From the NCBI GenBank assembly GCA_950097015.1, contig CATNEN010000001.1, positions 15,748,001 through 15,812,000 on the forward strand: a DNA stretch of 64,000 bases, given 5' to 3'. Shown piece by piece: positions 45,968-59,310 of this stretch. Below the pieces are notes generated by a model. It was not told where the DNA came from and made no database searches. It was given only the letters and a program-made list of their open reading frames with translations. The stretch's first letter is position 1. Each line of letters begins with the position of its first letter. Made by a program: the position numbers and the translations under genes. Source of the stretch: Macrostomum hystrix. Taxonomy: Eukaryota; Animalia; Platyhelminthes.

Positions 45968-48470
45968 TGTCTAACAGGTGAATGATCTGTCTAACAGATC
46001 TGTCTAACAGGTGACTAGCCAGTCTAACAGGTGACAAGCCTGTCTAACAAGTGACTAGCCTGTCTAACAGGTGACTAGTCTGTCTAACAGGTGACTAGCC
46101 AGTCTAACAGGTGACAAGCCTGTCTAACAGGTGACTAGCCTGTCTAACAGGTGACTAGTCTGTCTAACAGGTGACTAGTCTGTCTAACAGGTGACTAGCC
46201 TGTCTAACAGGTGACTAGCCAGTCTAACAGGTGACAAGCCTGTCTAACAAGTGACTAGCCTGTCTAACAGGTGACTAGTCTGTCTAACAGGTGACTAGCC
46301 TGTCTAACAAGTGACTAGCCTGTCTAACAGGTGACTAGTCTGTCTAACAGGTGACTAGCCTGTCTAACAGGTGACTAGCCTGTCTAACAGGTGACTAGTC
46401 TGTCTAACAGGTGACTAGCCTGTCTAACAAGTGACTAGCCTGTCTAACAGGTGACTAGTCTGTCTAACAGGTGACTAGCCTGTCTAACAGGTGACTAGTC
46501 TGTCTAACAGGTGACTAGCCTGTCTAACAGGTGACTAGCCTGTCTAACAATTGACTAGCCTGTCTAACAGGTGAATGATCTGTCTAACAGATCTGTCCAT
46601 CGGGGGCTAGCCTGTCTAACACATCTGTCTAACAGGTGACTAGCCTGTCTAACAGGTGACTAGTCTGTCTAACAGGTGACTAGCCTGTCTAACAGGTGAC
46701 TAACCTGCCTAACAGGTGACTAGCCTGTCTAACAGGTGACTAGTCTGTCTAACAGGTGACTAACCTGCCTAACAGGTGACTAGCCTGTCTAACAGGTGAC
46801 TAGTCTGTCTAACAGGTGACTAGCCTGTCTAACACGTGACTAGTCTGTCTAACAGGTGACTAGCCTGTCTAACAGGTGACTAGCCTATCTAACAGGTGAC
46901 TAACCTGTCTAACACGTGACTAACCTGTCTAACAAGTGACTAGCCTGTCTAACAATTGACTAGCCTGTCTAACAGGTGAATGATCTGTCTAACAGATCTG
47001 TCCATCGGGGGCTAGCCTGTCTAACACATCTGTCTAACAGGTGACTAGCCTGTCTAACAGGTGACTAGCCTGTCTAACAGGTGACTAGCCTGTCTAACAG
47101 GTGACTAGCCTGTCTAACAGGTGACTAGCCTGCCTAACAGGTGACTAGCCTGTCTAACAGGTGACTAGTCTGTCTAACAGGTGACTAGCCTGTCTAACAC
47201 GTGACTAGTCTGTCTAACAGGTGACTAGCCTGTCTAACAGGTGACTAGCCTATCTAACAGGTGACTAACCTGTCTAACACGTGACTAACCTGTCTAACAG
47301 GTGACTAGCCTGTCTAACAGGTGACTAGCCTATCTAACAGGTGACTAACCTGTCTAACACGTGACTAGCCTGTCTAACAATTGACTAGCCTGTCTAACAG
47401 GTGAATGATCTGTCTAACAGATCTGTCCATCGGGGGCTAGCCTGTCTAACACATCTGTCTAACAGGTGACTAGCCTGTCTAACAGGTGACTAGCCTGTCT
47501 AACAGGTGACTAGCCTGTCTAACAGGTGACTAGCCTGTCTAACAGGTGACTAGCCTGCCTAACAGGTGACTAGCCTTTCTAACAGGTGACTAGCCTGTCT
47601 AACAGGTGACTAGTCTGTCTAACAGATGACTAGTCTGTCTAACAGGTGACTAGCCTGTCTAACAGGTGACTAGCCTGTCTAACAGATGACTAGCCTGTCT
47701 AACAGATGACTAGTCTGTCTAACAGGTGACTAGCCTGTCTAACAGGTGACTAGTCTGTCTAACAGATGACTAGCCTGTCTAACAGGTGACTAGCCTGTCT
47801 AACAGGTGAATGGTCTGTCTAACAGGTGACTAGCCTATCTATCAGGTGACTAGCCTGTCTAACAGGTGACTAGCCTGTCTAACAGGTGACTAGCCTGTCT
47901 AACAGGTGACTAGTCTGTCTAACAGGTGACTAGCCTGTCTAACAGGTGACTAGCCTGTCTAACAGGTGACTAGCCTGTCTAACAGGTGACTAGCCTGTCT
48001 AACAGGTGACTCGCCTGTCTAACAGGTGACTAGCCTGTCTAACAGGTGACTAGCCTGTCTAACAGGTGACTAACCTGTCTAACACGTGACTAACCTGTCT
48101 AACAGGTGACTAGCCTGTCTAACAGGTGACTAGCCTGTCTAACAGGTGACTAGCCTGTCTAACAGGTGAATGATCTGTCTAACAGGTGATTAGCCTATCT
48201 AACAGGTGACTTACCTGTCTAACACGTGACTAACCTGTCTAACACGTGACTAACCTGTCTAACAGGTGACTAACCTGTCTAACAGGTGACTAGCCTGTCT
48301 AACAAGTGACTAACCTGTCTAACAGGTGACTAGCCTGTCTAACAGGTGACTAGCCTATCTAACAGGTGACTAACCTGTCTAACAAGTGACTAACCGATCT
48401 AACAAGTGACTAGCCTGTGTAACAGGTGAATGATCTGTCTAACACATCTGTCTAACAGGTGACTAGACTG
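45968..48470. repeat. 20-bp minisatellite (CCTGTCTAACAGGTGACTAG)n
   Basis: About 120 copies; the same interruption recurs at ~46590, 47000 and 47420 (higher-order duplication). Confidence 0.98.
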
Positions 48471-48943
48471 TACAGCAGGTGTTTGATCCAACAGGTCAAA
48501 ATCAGGAAACACCGCTGCCAAAATCTGTACTCAGAAACACACTTCAATTTCCGTTTACTAATCTAAGCGTACAAAAACACAATACTGAATCAGTTGTTTA
48601 GTGATTCAGTACTGCAACGGACCAATTAAGGTGGGCAGTCTCTGGTTGAAGCTTATTAGTCGCAAAATTAATGCCACTTTGTTTAGCTGAAGTCCTGAAG
48701 CCGCGAGGTCACACTCAGGCGCACTGGGCCCGCGTGTCGCTTCTAGCTTTTTAAGAGAGGCCAGAAAAACAGATAAACGATATTGTCATTTGCTTGAAGT
48801 TGCTCAGCTATCTAATCACCAGTCTGTCACGGGTTGCATCGAGCAATAAAATATGCGCGCGGCCGACTATAAATTTGAGTTTTCCTCGCTGGGGGTCTGC
48901 TGAATTTCGCTTCTGAAACTTGTCGGCTTACTGAGTAACGAAC

Positions 48944-49791
48944 ATGGGCCTAATTAGACTACTTGTGTTAGTAGGGTCCATCGCTTACCTGCTAGTCGCC
49001 GTGTGTGTCACAGCTCATCCGCTGCTGCAGGCTAAAGCTTCAGGAGCCTCTGACGCCACCAGTGTGGACATCAAGCACGTCAATCCGGCCTTCATGCTGA
49101 GAGAGCTTCGGGACTACGACACAGCCGTGGTGTTTTATTACGTTGACTATTGTCCTATATGCGCCAGACTCAGGCCAGTGTTCGCCAAAGCCATCCACAT
49201 GCTGCAGCAGCAGCAGCTGGCGGAGGCTAACAATGGAGACAGCTCACCCCGGCGAGTGTTTGTGGCTGTCAATTGTGGGCTTCACTCGCGTGAGTCTTCT
49301 CAAGACTAGTCAGGAATTTGACTCTCGATAGTCTCCACTGGTTTGTCTCTCGCACCAAGGTCCCTGAGCTCGATTCCGCGGCGAGACCACATTCATTTTG
49401 GGGTGCAGCCGCCGAGAGAAGGCTTGGGGGATTGTCGTGCAATTAACGCCTTCTAGGGCCAACCTCCAAGGCACAGTGCAAGTGTACACTGCCTGATCAT
49501 GGTTAAGTCAGGGCAGATGTACACGCCTGTGTGTGCTCGGTTCGGTTTGCGAGCTATCCTGATATAGGCAGCGGGTATTTGATATCCTCTTGTGGTCTCT
49601 CTACTGCTAAGCGACCAGATCAAATACTCAGTTCCACATTCCATTCTACCCGAACTGCAGAGGGCTGCATCCGCAGAGGTGTGACGCATGTACCCGTGTT
49701 CAGGCGGTTCCGAAATGGCGGCAGGGACAGCGAGCAGCTCAACTGGAGGCGAGTCAACACAGCCATCCTGCTGGAGGCGGTCAATGCTTGA
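48944..49791 (+). CDS. Secreted single-domain thioredoxin-fold (PDI-like) protein; exons 48944-49289, 49661-49791
   Basis: Hydrophobic signal peptide; VVFYYVDYCPICARLRPVF (CxxC); VAVNCGLHS|QGCIRRGVTHVPVF (cis-Pro loop); phase-1 junction C|GTGAGT..gcag|AG. Confidence 0.85.
49335..49545 (+). mobile_element. SINE family B copy inside the thioredoxin-gene intron
   Basis: Homologous to 28005-28262 and 39241-39445. Confidence 0.85.
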
Positions 49792-50044
49792 GCAAACTAA
49801 TGTTTTCAGAGCTGACCGCAACATCTTTTGTTTTTTTTAACTGTCACAAACTGCTCCTTTAGATCAGACCAAATGGAGAATTCATTATTGACCTTTGATG
49901 CGGAATATTCACGGAAATACATCAAAACTAACCATTTCGTGTCAGAATGTTTGACACTTGTCAAAAGTTGTTTGAAATTCGGATAAACTGCTATGCATGA
50001 CATCACTAAGGGCTACCTAAGTAAAATTATTGGTACCTATTGGT

Positions 50045-53000
50045 ACCTCTGATACCTCACCATCACCTCTGATACCTCACCATCACCTCTGATACCTCAC
50101 CATCACCTCTGATACCTCACCATCACCTCTGATACCTCACTATCACCTCTGATACATCACCATCACCTCTGATACCTCACAATCACCTCTGATACCTCAC
50201 CATCACCTCTGATACCTCACAATCACCTCTGATGCCTCACCATCACCTCTCATACCTCACCATCACCTCTCATACCTCACCATCACCTCTGATACCTCAC
50301 CATCACCTCTGATACCTCACCATCACCTCTGATACCTCACTATCACCTCTGATACCTCACCATCACCTCTCATACCTCACAATCACCTCTGATACCTCAC
50401 CATCACCTCTCATACCTCACCATCACCTCTCATACCTCACCATCACCTCTGATACCTCACCATCACCTCTGATACCTCACAATCACCTCTGATACCTCAC
50501 CATCACCTCTGATACCTCACCATCACCTCTGATACCTCACCATCACCTCTGATACCTCACCATCACCTCTGATACCTCACCATCACCTCTGATACCTCAC
50601 TATCACCTCTGATACATCACCATCACCTCTGATACCTCACAATCACCTCTGATGCCTCACCATCACCTCTCATACCTCACCATCACCTCTCATACCTCAC
50701 CATCACCTCTGATACCTCACCATCACCTCTCATACCTCACCATCACCTCTGATACCTCACCATCACCTCTGATACCTCACTATCACCTCTGATACCTCAC
50801 CATCACCTCTCATACCTCACAATCACCTCTGATACCTCACCATCACCTCTCATACCTCACCATCACCTCTCATACCTCACCATCACCTCTGATACCTCAC
50901 CATCACCTCTGATACCTCACAATCACCTCTGATACCTCACCATCACCTCTGATACCTCACCATCACCTCTGATACCTCACCATCACCTCTGATACCTCAC
51001 CATCACCTCTGATACCTCACCATCACCTCTGATACCTCACCATCACCTCTGATACCTCACCATCACCTCTGATACCTCACCATCACCTCTGATACCTCAC
51101 CATCACCTCTGATACCTCACCATCACCTCTGATACCTCACCATCACCTCTGATACCTCACCATCACCTCTGATACCTCACCATCACCTCTCATACCTCAC
51201 CATCACCTCTGATACCTCACCATCACCTCTGATACCTCACCATCACCTCTGATACCTCACCATCACCTCTGATACCTCACCATCACCTCTAATACCTCAC
51301 CATCACCTCTCATACCTCACCATCACCTCTGATACCTCACCATCACCTCTGATACCTCACCATCACCTCTCATACCTCACCATCACCTCTGATACCTCAC
51401 CATCACCTCTGATACCTCACCATCACCTCTGATACCTCACCATCACCTCTGATACCTCACCATCACCTCTGATACCTCACCATCACCTCTGATACCTCAC
51501 CATCACCTCTGATACCTCACCATCACCTCTCATACCTCACCATCACCTCTGATACCTCACCATCACCTCTGATACCTCACCATCACCTCTGATACCTCAC
51601 CATCACCTCTGATACCTCACCATCACCTCTGATACCTCACCATCACCTCTGATACCTCACCATCACCTCTGATACCTCACCATCACCTCTCATACCTCAC
51701 CATCACCTCTGATACCTCACCATCACCTCTGATACCTCACCATCACCTCTGATACCTCACCATCACCTCTGATACCTCACCATCACCTCTGATACCTCAC
51801 CATCACCTCTGATACCTCACCATCACCTCTGATACCTCACCATCACCTCTGATACCTCACCATCACCTCTGATACCTCACCATCACCTCTGATACCTCAC
51901 CATCACCTCTGATACCTCACCATCACCTCTGATACCTCACCATCACCTCTAATACCTCACCATCACCTCTCATACCTCACCATCACCTCTGATACCTCAC
52001 CATCACCTCTGATACCTCACCATCACCTCTGATACCTCACAATCACCTCTGATACCTCACCATCACCTCTGATACCTCACTATCACCTCTGATACATCAC
52101 CATCACCTCTGATACCTCACAATCACCTCTGATGCCTCACCATCACCTCTCATACCTCACCATCACCTCTCATACCTCACCATCACCTCTGATACCTCAC
52201 CATCACCTCTGATACCTCACCATCACCTCTGATACCTCACCATCACCTCTGATACCTCACTATCACCTCTGATACCTCACAATCACCTCTCATACCTCAC
52301 AATCACCTCTGATACCTCACCATCACCTCTCATACCTCACCATCACCTCTCATACCTCACCATCACCTCTGATACCTCACCATCACCTCTGATACCTCAC
52401 AATCACCTCTGATACCTCACCATCACCTCTGATACCTCACCATCACCTCTGATACCTCACCATCACCTCTGATACCTCACCATCACCTCTGATACCTCAC
52501 CATCACCTCTGATACCTCACCATCACCTCTGATACCTCACCATCACCTCTGATACCTCACCATCACCTCTGATACCTCACCATCACCTCTGATACCTCAC
52601 CATCACCTCTGATACCTCACCATCACCTCTGATACCTCACCATCACCTCTGATACCTCACCATCACCTCTCATACCTCACCATCACCTCTGATACCTCAC
52701 CATCACCTCTGATACCTCACCATCACCTCTCATACCTCACCATCACCTCTGATACCTCACCATCACCTCTGATACCTCACCATCACCTCTGATACCTCAC
52801 CATCACCTCTGATACCTCACCATCACCTCTGATACCTCACCATCACCTCTGATACCTCACCATCACCTCTGATACCTCACCATCACCTCTGATACCTCAC
52901 CATAACCTCTGATACCTCACCATCACCTCATAACCTCTGATACCTCACCATCACCTCTGATACCTCACCATCACCTCTGTACCTCACCATCACCTCTGAT

Positions 53001-54013
53001 ACCTCACATCACCTCTGATACCTCACCATCACCTCTGATACCTCACCATCACCTCTGTACCTCACCATCACCTCTGATACCTCACCATCACCTCTGATAC
53101 CTCACCATCACTCTGATACCTCACCATAACCTCTGATACCTCACCATCACCTCTCATACCTCACCCATCACCTCTGATACCTCACCATAACCTCTGATAC
53201 CTCACCATCACCTCTGATACCTCACCATAACCTCTGATACCTCACCATCACCTCTCATACCTCACCATCACCTCTGATACCTCACCATCACCTCTGATAC
53301 CTCACCATCACCTCTCATACCTCACCATCACCTCTGATACCTCACCATCACCTCTGATACCTCACCATCACCTCTGATACCTCACCATCACCTCTGATAC
53401 CTCACCATCACCTCTGATACCTCACCATCACCTCTCATACCTCACCATCACCTCTGATACCTCACCATCACCTCTGATACCTCACCATCACCTCTGATAC
53501 CTCACCATCACCTCTGATACCTCACCATCACCTCTGATACCTCACCATCACCTCTGATACCTCACCATCACCTCTGATACATCACCATCACCTCTGATAC
53601 CTCACTATCACCTCTGATACCTCACCATCACCTCTGATACCTCACCATCACCTCTCATACCTCACCATCACCTCTGATACCTCACCATCACCTCTGATAC
53701 CTCACCATCACCTCTCATACCTCACCATCACCTCTGATACCTCACCATCACCTCTGATACCTCACCATCACCTCTGATACCTCACCATCACCTCTGATAC
53801 CTCACCATCACCTCTGATACCTCACCATCACCTCTCATACCTCACCATCACCTCTGATACCTCACCATCACCTCTGATACCTCACCATCACCTCTGATAC
53901 CTCACCATCACCTCTGATACCTCACCATCACCTCTGATACCTCACCATCACCTCTGATACCTCACCATCACCTCTGATACATCACCATCACCTCTGATAC
54001 CTCACTATCACCT
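50045..54013. repeat. 20-bp satellite (CACCTCTGATACCTCACCAT)n, ~4 kb
   Basis: About 198 copies. Confidence 0.99.
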
Positions 54014-54940
54014 GTAGTATATACAGGGCTGAGAACGTTTTGACGATGTACTGCAAAACTACAGTTTTGTGTTTTCTAACCTAATATAAACACATAAACG
54101 GAAGCGTCTGTCGAGTTACTCAAAGCAGATAAAAGCTTTGTGTCGGGCAAACACACCCGTGTTTCTATTGTCCTCCGTCACTAATTGCGTTTAATCAATA
54201 GAGGTGTACTTGTTATTTAGTTTCAGTTTTGTCATAAATTTAGCTTCCAATCGTCTCTGCCACTATTGTTCCTCGGCGATTTGGCAATGTAGCTCTTCTA
54301 CCGCTGAGAATGTCAGGCAGTATTTCACCTGTTCCGCCGACAATGGCTGGTGCAACGTCCTCCTCATATTTTATTGTCTCACCTGGTCGCCTTGAGATGG
54401 TGGGGGCTTGTTAATTTTTGGAGAGTCTGTCGAAGGCAAACTCACAAATTGGCTCATTATTGACACTTCAAGACCTGGCTTGGCTTGCTGCTGCTGCTGC
54501 TGCTGCTGCTGCCACTGTTGCTAACAGAATCCTCAAAATTTCATTTCCCTATCTTAGCGCGTAAAGACTATTTAGCTTAGTTAAATATTTGACCTGAACG
54601 ACCTCGATAGTTTGAAGCATTCGCGGTGCTGTCTGCAAGTGTTTTGTCACGTTCTTGGAGCATTTCTGAGAATTGTGAGAGACTGGTGGTTCGGAGTAAG
54701 TAATCATGGCTAGACAGGACATACAGTGTGCATGTTCTCATGTTCTACTTGGCAATTTCCGATCTTTGCGAGCGGAAACAACGTATAGCACTTGCAGAAT
54801 CTTGAGTGTTTTCCAGTAGCTGAATTTTGTGTGTTCTCCGGGTTGGTCTAGTGTAGGATAAACAGAGAAAGAAATCAATGAGAGTTAATTATAGACTGCA
54901 TCGAGAACTGCTCGCTTTTTATGCTGGTAATTATAAACTT

Positions 54941-56369
54941 CTGATGGTACCTGAATCAAATGGTAGCTGAATCAGATGGTACCTGAATCAAATGGTAGCT
55001 GAATCAAATGGTAGCTGAATCAAATGGTAGCTGAATCAAATGGTAGCTGAATCAAATGGTAGCTGAATCAAATGGTAGCTGAATCAAATGGTACCTGAAT
55101 CAAATGGTAGCTGAATCAGATGGTACCTGAATCAAATGGTAGCTGAATCAAATGGTAGCTGAATCAAATGGTAGCTGAATCAAATGGTAGCTGAATCAAA
55201 TGGTAGCTGAATCAAATGGTAGCTGAATCAAATGGTAGCTGAATCAAATGGTAGCTGAATCAAATGGTAGCTGAATCAAATGGTAGCTGAATCAAATGGT
55301 AGCTGAATCAAATGGTAGCTGAATCAAATGGTAGCTGAATCAAATGGTAGCTGAATCAAATGGTAGCTGAATCAAATGGTAGCTGAATCAAATGGTAGCT
55401 GAATCAAATGGTAGCTGAATCAAATGGTACCTGAATCAAATGGTACCTGAATCAAATGGTAGCTGAATCAAATGGTAGCTGAATCAAATGGTAGCTGAAT
55501 CAAATGGTAGCTGAATCAAATGGTAGCTGAATCAAATGGTAGCTGAATCAAATGGTACCTGAATCAAATGGTACCTGAATCAAATGGTAGCTGAATCAAA
55601 TGGTAGCTGAATCAAATGGTACCTGAATCAAATGGTAGCTGAATCAAATGGTAGCTGAATCAAATGGTAGCTGAATCAAATGGTAGCTGAATCAAATGGT
55701 ACCTGAATCAAATGGTACCTGAATCAAATGGTACCTGAATCAAATGGTAGCTGAATCAAATGGTAGCTGAATCAAATGGTAGCTGAATCAAATGGTAGCT
55801 GAATCAAATGGTACCTGAATCAAATGGTAGCTGAATCAGATGGTACCTGAATCAAATGGTAGCTGAATCAAATGGTAGCTGAATCAAATGGTAGCTGAAT
55901 CAAATGGTACCTGAATCAAATGGTAGCTGAATCAAATGGTAGCTGAATCAAATGGTACCTGAATCAAATGGTAGCTGAATCAAATGGTACCTGAATCAAA
56001 TGGTACCTGAATCAAATGGTACCTGAATCAAATGGTAGCTGAATCAAATGGTAGCTGAATCAAATGGTACCTGAATCAAATGGTAGCTGAATCAAATGGT
56101 ACCTGAATCAAATGGTACCTGAATCAAATGGTAGCTGAATCAAATGGTACCTGAATCAAATGGTAGCTGTATCAAATGGTAGCTGAATCAAATGGTACCT
56201 GAATCAAATGGTACCTGAATCAAATGGTACCTGAATCAAATGGTACCTGAATCAGATGGTAGCTGAATCAAATGGTAGCTGAATCAAATGGTAGCTGAAT
56301 CAAATGGTAGCTGAATCAAATGGTAGCTGAATCAAATGGTAGCTGAATCAAATGGTAGCTGAATCAAAT
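54941..56369. repeat. 16-bp minisatellite (CTGAATCAAATGGTAS)n
   Basis: About 89 copies. Confidence 0.98.
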
Positions 56370-56851
56370 CACATCACAGTAAATTTTGAAATACTAAGCC
56401 ATTTGCAACAGCCAAAGCTGCAGTGAAGTAACAATCTTTAGTAGAAATGTTCGTTCTGATCTATTCCTTGAATGGATTTGTCAGAATCAGTCAAATATTT
56501 ATCGATAAGAATACGTGGTTGAATGTGAAAAGGGCATTGCGCTCCGTTTATGGTGTGTGGTCAAAACTACACTCGAATATTAATAGTAACAAGTAGAGGC
56601 AGTTCCTACTTAGGACCAGTAATTCGATAAAATCAATGACCTGTGCTTCTTGGTGACGTGATCACTGACGCACACATTATTAACGACGCCTCGGTCGACA
56701 GGGCTCAGTGCTTGGATTATAGAGACACGAATATTAACCAAGTAGATAAGCCTACTTTGAGTTCTCACTTGTCATTGGGTTTAAGGGGCTTTTATAATAT
56801 TTCAAGCGACGTTTTGTGAGTAAAAGCCCACTCCTGTGTCTCCTCTTCTCA

Positions 56852-57361
56852 TCAACCTTGGCGTACAAAGCTAGCTCGCTTCTTGTCGCTGTCCTCCAGA
56901 TCGTTCTTCTTGCCCATCCGGACGAACGACGCCCTTTTCTTCTTGCCCATCCGGACGAACGACGCCCTCTTCTTCTTGCCCATCCGGACGAACGACGCCC
57001 TCTTCTTCTTGCCCATCCGGACGAACGACGCCCTCTTCTTCTTGCCCATCCGGACAAACGAGGCCCTCTTCTTCTTGCCCATCCGGACGAACGAGGCCCT
57101 CTTCTTCTTGCCCATCCGGACGAACGAGGCCCTCTTGTAAGCTTCCGAAGAGTCCGTGTCAGCGTTCAGGACCTCCAGCAGGTTGACAGTCATGCGCAGA
57201 GTGAGGGCGGCGCACAGACGATGGCATTCCGGCCGTGCTTCCAGCTCCGTGCGGCTCGCGCAAACCTCGACTGAGTCCAACTGGCAGGCTTCAACGGCGG
57301 CGCACGCCGTCACTAGGAGCAGCAGAAGCAACGGAAACTTTAGCGATGCTGCGGTCGTCAT
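56852..57361 (-). CDS. Neuropeptide precursor, FVRIamide/FxRIamide (flatworm NPP-1-like): 7x ASFVRMamide + 1x ASFVRQamide, 169 aa
   Basis: Signal peptide MTTAASLKFPLLLLLLVTACAAVEA; KR-ASFVRM-G-KK repeats with amidation Gly and basic cleavage sites; splice acceptor just upstream of the ATG. Confidence 0.93.
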   Translation of the reverse strand: MTTAASLKFPLLLLLLVTACAAVEACQLDSVEVCASRTELEARPECHRLCAALTLRMTVNLLEVLNADTDSSEAYKRASFVRMGKKKRASFVRMGKKKRASFVRMGKKKRASFVRMGKKKRASFVRMGKKKRASFVRMGKKKRASFVRMGKKNDLEDSDKKRASFVRQG

Positions 57362-57523
57362 TTCTTGCTGCTGAAAAATTAGCAACGGATCATTTGTAAA
57401 CAAAATTTTCGTCATCGACACATCCAGAACACCAAGATCGACCGATTTGAAGCACAGGCAACGACTCCGCAACTAGTACTTGCATTTAGCGACGCAATCC
57501 AAATTGGGGCTTCAAGTCTAGGG

Positions 57524-57765
57524 ATGTCCACTTGTCAGGAAAAATGTCCACAGACCTTTCCAATAGAATGTCCACGTGTCCAATAGAATGTCTACCTGTC
57601 AAAGAGAATATCCGCCTGTCCAAGAGAATGTCCACCTGTCTAAGAGAATGTCCACCTGTCCTAGAGAATGTACACGTGTCCAATAGAATGTCTACCGGTC
57701 CTAGAGAATGTCCACCTTTCCAAGAGAATGTCCACCTGTCCAATAAAATGTCCACCTGTCTAAGT
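57524..57765. repeat. Diverged 20-bp minisatellite (CCTGTCYAAGAGAATGTCCA)n
   Basis: Direct inspection. Confidence 0.85.
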
Positions 57766-57827
57766 GAGAAGAGGATGAGAAGAGGAGACACAGGAGTGGG
57801 CTTTTACTCACAAAGAGAATGCCCACC

Positions 57828-58075
57828 TACCCCAATCGGGCATCTGAAGTCTGCGTACGGCTGTTCAGTCCATGGACTGGGGGAACGCCACACCCAACCT
57901 CAATTACCCCAGCTAATGCTGGTAACTGTTGAACAGCTGGGTGAACTGAAGCAATGCACAATTAAGCGTCTTGCTATAGGACGTTGTTCCAAATTGTTTC
58001 CAGTGGAGTCGGGAATCGAACCCCCGACCTTTAAGTCGTGAGTCCAACGCCACAACCGCTAGTCCACCAGGCTAG
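57828..58075 (-). mobile_element. SINE family A copy
   Basis: Homologous to 28565-28845. Confidence 0.85.
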
Positions 58076-58545
58076 AACCCCACCAGAGAACTAGTAGCAT
58101 TTGCGGGAGATAGTGAAGCATGTCTTTTCAATTTCGAGTAAAAACGAGTCAAATTTCAATTTAACAATTTGTGAATTCCCTCTGATATTCAAGCGATTAC
58201 AATAAAGCTACAATCGCACCAATGTTTAGATTTAAATTAAGGATTATTTTATTTTACTTTTATCTATTTCCTTGAGTCGAAATCTCCACGGCGCAAGCTA
58301 GCTTTATAAAAAATCGACAAAGCTACTAAAAGTGGCTGTTCTATAGATCGATATCAAACCCTGGGAACTGAAAATCAATACCTACTTCTGATCTCTACAC
58401 CTTTAGGCTTTTGTGCAGATTATAAATGACTGATAGCTTTTGTAACTTAAGTATTGTCTCCATGCGACAAAAAATCAAATATCATAATTTTAGTTTTTTT
58501 GCGAGAGCTTTTAGGGGCAAAAAAGAATTCTCAGTTGTGTGACAA

Positions 58546-59310
58546 GTATTCAAACTTGTCTAACAGATGTTCAAACTTGTCTAACAGATGTTCATACTTG
58601 TCTAACATGTGTTCATAATTGTCTAACATGTGTTCATACTTGTCTAACATGTGTTCATACTTGTCTAACATGTGTTCATACTTGTCTAACATGTGTTCAT
58701 ACTTGTCTAACATGTGTTCATACTTGTCTAACATGTATTCAAACTTGTCTAACATGTGTTCATACTTGTCTAACAGGTGTTCATACTTGTCTAACATGTG
58801 TTCATACTTGTCTAACATGTGTTCATACTTGTCTAACATGTGTTCATACTTGTCTAACATGTGTTCATACTTGTCTAGTGGGTGTTCATACTTGTCTAAC
58901 ATGTGTTCATACTTGTCTAACAGGTGTTCATACTTGTCTAACATGTGTTCATACTTGTCTAACATGTGTTCATACTTGTCTAACAGGTGTTCATACTTGT
59001 CTAACATGTGTTCATACTTGTCTAACATGTGTTCATACTTGTCTAACATGTGTTCATACTTGTCTAGTGGGTGTTCATACTTGTCTAACATGTGTTCATA
59101 CTTGTCTAACAGGTGTTCATACTTGTCTAACATGTGTTCATACTTGTCTAACATGTGTTCATACTTGTCTAACATGTGTTCATACTTGTCTAACAGGTGT
59201 TCATACTTGTCTAACATGTGTTCATACTTGTCTAACATGTGTTCATACTTGTCTAACATGTGTTCATACTTGTCTAACAGGTGTTCATACTTGTCTAACA
59301 GGTGTTCATA
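58546..59310. repeat. 21-bp minisatellite (TTGTCTAACATGTGTTCATAC)n
   Basis: About 36 copies. Confidence 0.98.

Noticed and set aside
54190-54860. Coding-like minus-strand stretch with a CAG repeat
   Set aside because: Stops in all frames and no identifiable protein family; at most an unidentifiable relic.
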